This document shows, piece by piece, positions 56,114 through 64,000 of a stretch of DNA of 64,000 bases; position 1 is the stretch's first letter, and each line of letters starts with the position of its first letter. Position numbers and translations under genes: made by a program. The DNA is from an uncultured delta proteobacterium (GTDB lineage: Bacteria; Myxococcota_A; Polyangia; Polyangiales; JAFGIB01): contig CAVZVA010000005.1 of NCBI GenBank assembly GCA_963778655.1, positions 544,001 to 608,000 on the forward strand, read 5' to 3'. Under the pieces are notes generated by a model. It did no database searches, was not told the DNA's origin, and saw only the letters and a list, made by a program, of their open reading frames with translations.

Positions 56114-57649
56114 ATGCAGATGTCCTCAACAGGCGACGAAGGCGGCGCGGCGTTCGACTCCACGAAGGAGGCGGTCCGGCGCCTGGGGCTGGCGCTGGGC
56201 TCGCTGGCGTTGCTGGGTCTCTGCACCTACGCCCTCCCCGGGACCAAGCGCCTGCGGCCTTGGGTCTCGGGCGAGGGCGTGCCGATCGCGCGCATGTTTC
56301 GCGATGCGCCCGAGTCGCTGCCCGGCTTCGCCGAGGCCGCGACCCAGACCAATGCCGACGTCGGCAGCGCACAGGGGGCGGCGAGCCTCGGGGCGCAGGT
56401 CGCCGCCAACCTGGGCGGCTCCGCGGCGCGGCCGCCACCGAGCGACGTGCCGCCCGAGGCCGGCGCGCCACCGCGTGCGCGCATCGATCCAGGCGAGTAC
56501 GCCGGCATCACCCAGCTGATCGAGCACCCCGAAGCGCTGCAGGCGTTCTTCGCCAAGCTGGCCTTGACCGCCGCGCGGGTGCCGGGGGCCAAGACGCGCA
56601 TCGCGCACTACGGCGATTCGGCGGTCGCTGCCGACGCCATCAGCTCGACCGCGCGGCGCCGTTTTCAGCACCGCTTCGGAGACGCGGGCCACGGCTTCGT
56701 GTTGGTTGCGCGCGGCCAGATGCACTACATCCACAAGGACGTCTCGTATCACAGCAGCGGAGACTGGGACGTCTACTCGATCGTGGAGAACCCGATCCGC
56801 CCCGGCTACTACGGCTACGGCGGTATCCAGACGCGGGCCCACGCCGGCGCGCGCGCGTACATCAGCACGGTCAAGGAAGGCGAGATCGGCCGCAGCGTCT
56901 CGCGCTTCGAGCTGTTCTACCAGCGCTTCCCCGGAGGGGGCGCGCTCGATCTCAGGATCGACGGCAAGCACCAGGAGACCGTGCATACCGCGGCTGACCA
57001 CGTCGAGGACGCGTGGGAGGCCTTCGACCTGCCGGACGGCCCGCACTCCTTCGCGCTGCGGGCGCTCGGCACCGCGCGCATCTACGGGCTGGCGCTCGAG
57101 CGCGGCGGACCGGGCGTGGTCTACGACTCGCTCGGCATGGTCGGGGCGCGCGCCGAGCGCCTGCTCAACGCCGAGCCCGATCACATCCACCGCCAGATCG
57201 CACACCGCGATCCAGATCTGTTGGTGCTCGGCTTCGGGGGCAACGAAACCGACAACCCCTGGCTCAACATCGATCGCTACGAGCGGCGCCTGGTGCAGGT
57301 GGTGCGGCTGATGCGGGCGGCCAAGCCCGAGATGTCGTGTCTGCTGCTGGGCCCGCTCGACCAGGCCGAGCGCAATCAGCGCGGGCGCATCGTTACCATC
57401 AAGACCTTGCCCAAGATCGTGGACGTGCAGCGCCGCGTTTCGGAACAGGAGCACTGCGCGTTCTTCGACACCTTCACCGCGATGGGTGGCAGCGGATCGA
57501 TGGCGGCGTGGCTGCACAGCCATCCGCGGCTGGCCACCTCGGACCTCAGGCACGCCACGCCGGCCGGTTACGAGGTGGTTGGCAACATGTACTACAAGGC
57601 GTTGCTCAAGGCGTTCGCCGACTACTTGACCGCGCGCGGCAGCTCCTGA
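56114..57649 (+). CDS. SGNH-fold periplasmic O-acetyltransferase/esterase (PatB/Ape-like)
   Basis: TM anchor, HYGDS, RFGDAGHGF, FGGNE, SDLRH. Confidence 0.82.
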   Translation: MQMSSTGDEGGAAFDSTKEAVRRLGLALGSLALLGLCTYALPGTKRLRPWVSGEGVPIARMFRDAPESLPGFAEAATQTNADVGSAQGAASLGAQVAANLGGSAARPPPSDVPPEAGAPPRARIDPGEYAGITQLIEHPEALQAFFAKLALTAARVPGAKTRIAHYGDSAVAADAISSTARRRFQHRFGDAGHGFVLVARGQMHYIHKDVSYHSSGDWDVYSIVENPIRPGYYGYGGIQTRAHAGARAYISTVKEGEIGRSVSRFELFYQRFPGGGALDLRIDGKHQETVHTAADHVEDAWEAFDLPDGPHSFALRALGTARIYGLALERGGPGVVYDSLGMVGARAERLLNAEPDHIHRQIAHRDPDLLVLGFGGNETDNPWLNIDRYERRLVQVVRLMRAAKPEMSCLLLGPLDQAERNQRGRIVTIKTLPKIVDVQRRVSEQEHCAFFDTFTAMGGSGSMAAWLHSHPRLATSDLRHATPAGYEVVGNMYYKALLKAFADYLTARGSS

Positions 57650-59145
57650 GCGCCGGCGCTCGGCCGCAGCGAAGCGGCGCCCGCCACGTCGACGCCTTGC
57701 GCCTGGCTGGCCAAGGGTTGGGCGCCTACCGCGGGCGGCGTGGCGGGCGCGGAGTCCGGCTCGAAGCCCGCGAGCAACGCGTCGTAGAGCACGTTGCCGA
57801 GCCGCTCGTAGCCGGCCATGGTGAAGTGCACATAGTCGCGCGTGCCGAGCGGCGGGTCGGCGTCGACCCAGCGCAGCATCGACATCGGGCCGCCCATGAA
57901 GCGCACCAGGTCGAAGAAGCCGCAGCCGAGCTCGGCGGCCACGCGGCGTTGGGTGGCGACGATTTCTGCGGTGCGGGGGCGCGGGCTGAAGCTGCCGTCC
58001 TGCTCGCGCACCGGCCGATCCGAGGGACCGATCAGCAAGCACGAGGCGCCCGGCACGACTTGGTGCACGCGCTGAACCACGCGGCGCAGATCGCCCTCGT
58101 ACTGCTCGATCGGCACGTCGTCGTCGCCCGATTCGTTGGTGCCGTAGGCGAGCACGACCAGGTCGGGTTTGCGACGCGCGAGGTGCTCGCGATAGAGCGC
58201 GTCGTCGAAGTACAGGTGGTCGCGCACGCGCGTGCCGGGCACGCCCAGGGTGTCGAGGATCACGCCCGGCGTCTCGCGCTCGAGCGCGACGCCAAACACG
58301 CGCACCGGACCGTCACCCGCGGTGTGCAGCTCCAGCCGGTGCTCGCCGTCGCCTGGCTCGAAGCTGAGGTAGCCGGGCTCACGTCGCTTGTCGGTGGTCG
58401 CGATGCGCCGCGCGGGCTTGCCGTCTATCGAGACGCTCAAGTGGCCCCCGCCGGGTTGCTTCAGGTAGTACAGCTCCAGGTGCGAGCTGCGCGCGCTCAG
58501 GTCGCCCGCCGGTCGGGTCTCGAGCGCGGCACGGGCCGGCCGATTGCGACGCGCGTCGAGCGCCACGCCCGCCAGCCCGTACATGCCTTCCACTGGTGCG
58601 CGCTCCTTGATGCGGAAGGCGTGCAGCCCGCGGCTCGGATCGATGTGAACGCCCGCGTGCCGGTACCAGCGCCAGGGTTTGCCGGGCAGCACGAAGCCCA
58701 GGCCTGCATCGCCGAAGCGCTGCTGCAGCCGCTCGCGTACCACGCCGGTGAACAGATCGCTGGCGACGTGCGAGGCGCCGTAGAACACGATGCGGGCTTG
58801 GCCGGCTCCGCTCTGCGCGCGGCGCAGCGCGGCGTGGAACGCATCGAGCGCGCGGGCGCTCGGATCCTCGATCGGGATTGCGGTGCCGAGCGGGCTCTCG
58901 GCGCTGGCCGCTTCCTCTTGTGCGGGCGGCGTCGCCGGCGCTGCCGGTGACCGTGCCGCCGCCGGGTCGCCGGCCGGCTTGGCCGCCGGCGCTTGCGGCG
59001 AGCGCGCCGCCACCGCGGCCATCGCCGCGCGTTCGGGTTGTTGTGCGCCCGCCGAGCGCACGCAGCCGCACAGCGAGGCCGCGACCAGTCCGATCGCGAC
59101 GCCCGTCAACCGCCAGCGCAGCTCGCGCGCGCGAGAAACTCCCAC
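57622..59145 (-). CDS. SGNH-fold lipoprotein esterase (Ape/PatB-like)
   Basis: Lipobox-like SLCGC, FYGASH, RFGDAGLGF, YGTNE, RDYVH; start uncertain. Confidence 0.82.
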   Translation of the reverse strand: MGVSRARELRWRLTGVAIGLVAASLCGCVRSAGAQQPERAAMAAVAARSPQAPAAKPAGDPAAARSPAAPATPPAQEEAASAESPLGTAIPIEDPSARALDAFHAALRRAQSGAGQARIVFYGASHVASDLFTGVVRERLQQRFGDAGLGFVLPGKPWRWYRHAGVHIDPSRGLHAFRIKERAPVEGMYGLAGVALDARRNRPARAALETRPAGDLSARSSHLELYYLKQPGGGHLSVSIDGKPARRIATTDKRREPGYLSFEPGDGEHRLELHTAGDGPVRVFGVALERETPGVILDTLGVPGTRVRDHLYFDDALYREHLARRKPDLVVLAYGTNESGDDDVPIEQYEGDLRRVVQRVHQVVPGASCLLIGPSDRPVREQDGSFSPRPRTAEIVATQRRVAAELGCGFFDLVRFMGGPMSMLRWVDADPPLGTRDYVHFTMAGYERLGNVLYDALLAGFEPDSAPATPPAVGAQPLASQAQGVDVAGAASLRPSAGAQELPRAVK

Positions 59146-59210
59146 CCTTCGACTCTGACAAGCCGGAGCACGCGGGGCAAATTCGCGAGGCACTGCGGCG
59201 AGCGCTGCGC

Positions 59211-59534
59211 TCAGTGACCCGCGCCGCCCGTGCCGTTGACGCCGGCGCCGGTGCACATCTGCGTGTCGAAGGTGCACATGGCGGAGCACAGCAGCTGCCC
59301 GCCGCTGAACTGTCCCATGCTCTGACAGTTCTGACCCTGCAGGTCCGAGCCGTCGCACTGCTCGCTGCTGCCCACGTCGACCTTGCCGTTGCCGCAGCCG
59401 GTGGCCGCCGCGCCATTGCCGGCCGTGCCGTTGGCCGTGTCGTCGAGCGTGCTCGCGCCCTTGGCGCATGCGCCCAGCCCGAGCGCCAGCGCAACGGCGC
59501 AGGCGCGGAAGAAGATGTGGCCCGAGGCAGTCAT
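59211..59534 (-). CDS. Small lipoprotein with myxobacterial Cys-rich module
   Basis: Lipobox LGLGAC; CGNGKVD..EQCDGSDLQGQNC..GGQLLC..C.FDT..C; GAGGAG RBS. Confidence 0.8.
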   Translation of the reverse strand: MTASGHIFFRACAVALALGLGACAKGASTLDDTANGTAGNGAAATGCGNGKVDVGSSEQCDGSDLQGQNCQSMGQFSGGQLLCSAMCTFDTQMCTGAGVNGTGGAGH

Positions 59535-59815
59535 GCCGTGCTCCTCATTTGATTTGGTTGCTCCACCCCAGTTTGTCCTACCTGACTGATCCCGCTCACC
59601 CAGCCCGCCACCCGCACTTTCGAAGAAACCGCCAGCCCGTGCAAGCCTCACCAATCCCTAAGTGTGAGGCAGGCCCGGCTTCGGCTCCCGGAATCCACCT
59701 TAGCACAGATGGGCGTGTGGCCAGCCCGCTCGGGCGCGGGACTTGAAGGGCACTCAAAGTCCGGGAGCTGGCCGTGAACGTGCCTGCGCCGCGCAGGTTG
59801 TTGCTCGGTTGGCGC

Positions 59816-60640
59816 CTACATGCAGGCCTGCATCGGGCACGCGCTCGCGCACTTGTCGGCTGAGCACTGGGCGAGCCGAGCCGACCGGGCGCAGGAGTTG
59901 GTGTCCGGTCCGGTGGTCGCGCAGTTGGTCATCACCATCGGCCCGTTGGTGACGGCCCCGGCCCCCGGCGTCACGCCCGCGGCCGTCTCGATCTCATTGG
60001 CGCACGGCCCCATCGCGTAGTTGCTGCCGAGCGCATCGCAGGTCGCGCCGCACAGGCAGCAGGTGCCCGAGCAGTTGTTGGTCTTGGCACAGGCCACTAC
60101 GGCGTTGCCGGCGGCGTCGTCCTTCAGTGCCATCAGCTCAGTCTGGCAGTTACCGGCCTGGCACAGGCAGCGCTCGCAGTCGCCGACCGTGGTACCGGCG
60201 GCCATCACGCCATCGAGGCAGCTCTGCACGCTGGGGTCGACCATGCCCGCGTCCGAGCCCGCGCCCGCACTGCCCGCCGCCCCCGAGCCGGCCGCGCCCA
60301 TGCCGCCGGTGCCCACGGTCGCGCCGCCGGTGCCCGTGCCGCCGGTGCCCATGGCCATGCTCCCCCCGGTGCCAGCAGCCATCTGGCCGCCGGTGCCCGC
60401 GGCCGTGCCGCCGGTGCCCGTGGCCGTGCCGCCGCTGCCCGTGCCGGCGCCGCCGGTTCCCACCGCCGCGCCCCCGCTGCCCGCGGGCAGCTGCGAGCTG
60501 CCGCCGGTGCCAACCGCAGCCCCGTTGCCCCCGGTGGCATTCGCCGGGTTCCAGCCGTTGTTCTTCTTGCAAGCCGTCCCCGCAAAGGCCAGCGCCAGGC
60601 ACGAGACCAACGTCGTCCATTTCCAAGAGTAAGCAGTCAT
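59816..60640 (-). CDS. Gly/Thr-rich linker, Cys-rich lipoprotein
   Basis: Lipobox AGTAC; GTGG repeats; Cys-dense C-terminal domain. Confidence 0.8.
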   Translation of the reverse strand: MTAYSWKWTTLVSCLALAFAGTACKKNNGWNPANATGGNGAAVGTGGSSQLPAGSGGAAVGTGGAGTGSGGTATGTGGTAAGTGGQMAAGTGGSMAMGTGGTGTGGATVGTGGMGAAGSGAAGSAGAGSDAGMVDPSVQSCLDGVMAAGTTVGDCERCLCQAGNCQTELMALKDDAAGNAVVACAKTNNCSGTCCLCGATCDALGSNYAMGPCANEIETAAGVTPGAGAVTNGPMVMTNCATTGPDTNSCARSARLAQCSADKCASACPMQACM

Positions 60641-60899
60641 CTGTAGATCCAGCCTTCCAGTCGATCGACCCACCCGGCGGTGCTCTAACCCCAGCCTCTG
60701 GAGCCGTCAACAGGCCGATGATGCCCGAGGCAGGGGAGGGCATGGCACAGGGCGCCAGCAGCCGTGGCCGATTAGGGTCCCAGCCGTAGGGGCCGGACAA
60801 GAGGTTCCAGGCGGGTGGCCCGACGTGCAGTGTTTTGCGCACGGGCTGCGCGTTGCGCCGCCGTGGCGCCCGACTACCATACGCTGCGGGACAGGGACG

Positions 60900-62132
60900 G
60901 TGAGGGTGGCAACGATCCGCGGCCGATTCTCGTGGTGCGTGCTGGCAAGCCTGGCTTGCGGCTGCAGCGCCATCGTCGATCCGAGCGGCCTTCTGGTCCA
61001 CTGCGAGCTCGCCGACGATGGCACTGATCCGTGCCAGGTCGACGGCATGGTCTGCACCGACGGCACATGTCAGGCGTGCAAGCCCGAGACCGAGTTGTGC
61101 GACGGGCACGACAACGACTGCGACGGCAAGGTCGACGAGGGCTTCGACACCGACGGCGACGGCTTCACCTGGTGTGGCGGCGGCCATCCGGAGTTGGCCG
61201 ACTGCGCGCCCAACGACGGCACGATTCACCCGGCGGTGACGGAGCCCGACGGCAGTGTGCAGACACCGGTCGAGGCTTGCGACGGCAAGGACAACGATTG
61301 CGACGGCAAGATCGACGAGGATTCGAAGTGCGATTCGCTGCGCTCCTGCGCCGACACAGGCTGTCCCACGGATCTCACCTGCGACACGCAGGCCAATCAG
61401 TGCGTCGCCCCGCGCGACAGCGGCAACCTCTGCAAGAGCGACGCCGAGTGCGGCACGGGCTTCTGCATCAGCACCACTGCGCTCGGCCTGGACAATGTGC
61501 TCGCGGACAAGCTGTGCGGTAGCGCGTGCTGCAAGGACTCCGACTGTCCGGACGCCAGCGTGTGCACCCTGTCGGGCAGCGGGGCCCGCGTCTGCCTGCC
61601 GGCCGAGATCGCAGGCAGGCAGCGAGGTCAGGCAGGCGACAACTGCAATCGGTCGTCGGACTGCGCTTCCGGCGTTTGCCAGCGGAATAAGTGCATCGCC
61701 ACCTGCAGCCGTGACTCGGACTGCGAGGGCGAGACCTGCAGGGCCAACGTGCTGGGCTCGAGCCTGCTCTCGGGGGCAGGCGTGTTCATCTGCGGCCAAG
61801 CGGCGGGCCGCGGCAGCGCGGGCGACCTGTGCACCGCGTTCGATCCCACCTCGTGCAAGTCGGGTCTGTGTCTGGGCGTGCAGTGCGCCGCGCCTTGTGC
61901 CTCGGACTCGGACTGCACGGGGGGCCTGGTGTGCCGCTACGTCAGCGTCCAGGGGCTACTGGGCGCCGGCGGGCGCGTGACCGTGTGCATGGACCCGAGC
62001 ACGCAGCAGGGCGAAGCGCCGGACCCCACCTGCTGCACCAGCGCCGATTGCAGCAAGGGCGAGGCCTGTCGCCCGATGCAAAACGGCCAGGACTGGGGCA
62101 TGTATTGCATGCCCCAGAACGGGCCCCAGTAA
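60900..62132 (+). CDS. Cys-rich lipoprotein with E-x-CDG-x-DNDCDG-x-x-DE metal-binding motifs
   Basis: Lipobox LACGC; ELCDGHDNDCDGKVDE and EACDGKDNDCDGKIDE; many C..D.DC repeats; start uncertain. Confidence 0.85.
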   Translation: MRVATIRGRFSWCVLASLACGCSAIVDPSGLLVHCELADDGTDPCQVDGMVCTDGTCQACKPETELCDGHDNDCDGKVDEGFDTDGDGFTWCGGGHPELADCAPNDGTIHPAVTEPDGSVQTPVEACDGKDNDCDGKIDEDSKCDSLRSCADTGCPTDLTCDTQANQCVAPRDSGNLCKSDAECGTGFCISTTALGLDNVLADKLCGSACCKDSDCPDASVCTLSGSGARVCLPAEIAGRQRGQAGDNCNRSSDCASGVCQRNKCIATCSRDSDCEGETCRANVLGSSLLSGAGVFICGQAAGRGSAGDLCTAFDPTSCKSGLCLGVQCAAPCASDSDCTGGLVCRYVSVQGLLGAGGRVTVCMDPSTQQGEAPDPTCCTSADCSKGEACRPMQNGQDWGMYCMPQNGPQ

Positions 62133-62154
62133 CGCGCCCGAGCGGGCCACACGC

Positions 62155-63717
62155 GTGAGCGCCGAGCCGATGCAGACCGAGCCGCCGACGATCTGCCACC
62201 ACGTGGCAGCGCACGCCGCGGAGCGCCCACACGCCCGTGCTGTGTGGTGCGAAGAGCGCGCGCGCAGCTGGGCCGAGCTGCAGGCACGCATCGAACAGGT
62301 GGCGGCCGCGCTGCACGCGCTCGGCGTCCGCAAGGGCGACAAGGTGGCGATCCTCGGGCGCAGCTCGCTGGAGGCGCTCGAGGCGTTCCTGGGCGCACTG
62401 CGCGCCGGCTGCTGTGCGGTGCCGCTCGCCGGCACCACGCTGCCTGAAACGCAGCGGCTGTTGCTCGACGACAGTGACGCCAAGGTGCTCTTCTGCAGCG
62501 ACGACGCGCGCCCCAGCCTCGCGGGCGTCGCAGACGATTTGCCCAAGCTGCTGCCGGGCGCGAGGATCGCGCTCGACTTCGAGGCCGCGGGCTTCGAGGG
62601 CTTCGAGGCCTGGCTGGGCACGCCGCATCCGCCCTGTCCCGACCCTCGGCTCGCGTCCGGCGACGCATTCAACTTGATCTACAGCTCGGGCACCACGGGC
62701 GTGCCCAAGGGCATTCTGCACAGCCACGCCATGCGCGCGGGCACCATCGGCCGCGCGCAGCGCTGGGGCTTCGTCCCCGGCGCGGTCAACCTCACCTCGA
62801 CGCCGCTCTATTCCAACACGACCATGGCGGCATTGCTGCCCGCGCTGGCTGGCGGCGCAACCACGCTGCTGATGCGCAAGTTCGACGAGCGCCGCTTTCT
62901 GGAGCTCAGCCTGAGCGCGCGCGTGACTCACGCCATGCTGGTTCCGGTGCAGTACCAGCGCTTGCTCGCGCACCCTGATTTCGATCGCTTCGATCTCTCG
63001 AGCTACCAGCTCAAGCTCAGCACCAGCGCGCCGCTGCGGGCCGCGCTCAAGCGCGAGATCCTGGCGCGCTGGCCGGGCGAGCTGGTCGAGATCTACGGCC
63101 TCACCGAGGGTGGGGCGGTGTGCATTCTCGAAGCGCGCAAGCACCAGGACAAGCTGCACACGGTGGGGCGGCCCCTGGCCGGCGCCGACGTGCGCGTCAT
63201 CGACGAAGCCGGGCACGAGCTGCCTACGGGACAGGTCGGCGAGATCGTGGGTCGCCAGGCGGTGATGATGAGCGGCTACTACAAGAAGCCCGCCGAGACC
63301 GCCGCGATCATGTGGCAGGACGCCGAGGGGCGGACCTTCCAGCGCACAGGCGACCTCGGCCGCTTCGACCAGGACGGCTTTCTGGAGCTGCTGGACCGCA
63401 AGAAGGACGTGATCATTTCGGGCGGCTTCAACGTGTACGCGGTGGACTTGGAGGCGGTGCTCTCGCGTCATGAGTCGGTGGCCGACGTGGCGGTGATCGC
63501 GGTGCCGTCCGAGCGCTGGGGCGAAAGCCCGCTGGCGCTGGTCGTGCTGCGAGCCGGCCATTTCGCCGAGCCCGACGCGCTGCTGGCATGGGCGAACGAG
63601 CGGCTGGGCAAGACCCAGCGCCTGGCCGGGGTCGAGCTGCGCGCGAGTCTTCCACGCAGCGCGATCGGCAAGCTGCTCAAGCGTGAGCTGCGCGCGCCGT
63701 ACTGGCAGGGCCGCTGA
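62155..63717 (+). CDS. Class I adenylate-forming enzyme (acyl-CoA ligase)
   Basis: IYSSGTTGVPKG, YGLTEG, TGDLG, DRKKDVIISGGFNVY, LPRSAIGK. Confidence 0.93.
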   Translation: MSAEPMQTEPPTICHHVAAHAAERPHARAVWCEERARSWAELQARIEQVAAALHALGVRKGDKVAILGRSSLEALEAFLGALRAGCCAVPLAGTTLPETQRLLLDDSDAKVLFCSDDARPSLAGVADDLPKLLPGARIALDFEAAGFEGFEAWLGTPHPPCPDPRLASGDAFNLIYSSGTTGVPKGILHSHAMRAGTIGRAQRWGFVPGAVNLTSTPLYSNTTMAALLPALAGGATTLLMRKFDERRFLELSLSARVTHAMLVPVQYQRLLAHPDFDRFDLSSYQLKLSTSAPLRAALKREILARWPGELVEIYGLTEGGAVCILEARKHQDKLHTVGRPLAGADVRVIDEAGHELPTGQVGEIVGRQAVMMSGYYKKPAETAAIMWQDAEGRTFQRTGDLGRFDQDGFLELLDRKKDVIISGGFNVYAVDLEAVLSRHESVADVAVIAVPSERWGESPLALVVLRAGHFAEPDALLAWANERLGKTQRLAGVELRASLPRSAIGKLLKRELRAPYWQGR

Positions 63718-63905
63718 CCCCTGCGCTTGTGGCCGGGCAACCAGATACCCCCCCAAACACTAGGGAGCTCGGGCCGAAATGCATGGAAAGCATTCCGCTT
63801 TCGAGCGAGCAAAAGTTCATGTTGGGGGCTTGGTTCGAGGTACGGCCGGGGCCTACAGTACGCAAGGTGCACATCGCTCGCATGCGCCTCCAAGGGAAGC
63901 TCCCC

Positions 63906-64000
63906 ATGCGCTGGTCGCCGGCAATCCTCGCTCTCCTGACCGGGCTGTTGTGTGCCTGGCAGCCGGCTCGCGCCCAGCAGGTGGAACGCGGTGCCAAGCG
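63906..64000 (+). CDS. Secreted protein, N-terminus only (truncated by window)
   Basis: MRWSPAILALLTGLLCAWQPARAQQ: signal peptide with AxA cleavage site. Confidence 0.55.
   Translation, partial: MRWSPAILALLTGLLCAWQPARAQQVERGAK

Overview
High-GC bacterial chromosomal segment, most likely Myxococcota (inferred from PEGA-domain Ser/Thr kinases, a FrzS-like pseudo-receiver and Cys/Gly-rich lipoproteins). It is mostly core and cell-envelope genes: partial mutS2, sppA, eno, ybeY, an HU-like gene, an L,D-transpeptidase, ino1 with a divergent nucleotidyltransferase, the rimP-nusA-ylxR-infB-DUF503-rbfA-nrnA-truB operon, tRNA-Cys, acnA, tatA, an ECF sigma/anti-sigma pair, mtnB-mtnD, acyl-CoA ligases, two aldehyde dehydrogenases and an MBOAT/SGNH O-acetylation locus. 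I found no transposase, integrase, prophage, CRISPR array or defence system. The best leads are: (1) an unannotated ~175-nt rod-shaped 6S-like RNA candidate with a possible promoter; (2) an intact but apparently catalytically dead biotin carboxylase; (3) a three-gene VKOR-DsbA / Cys-rich OmpA-like / TlpA redox module near a SigR-type ECF sigma; (4) SppA fused to a putative beta-barrel; (5) CTAG-bounded ~170-bp palindromic elements and a 24-bp motif seen at five intergenic sites. The frameshifts in ino1 and sppA may be assembly errors. All calls come from motif recognition and manual folding; no searches were run.
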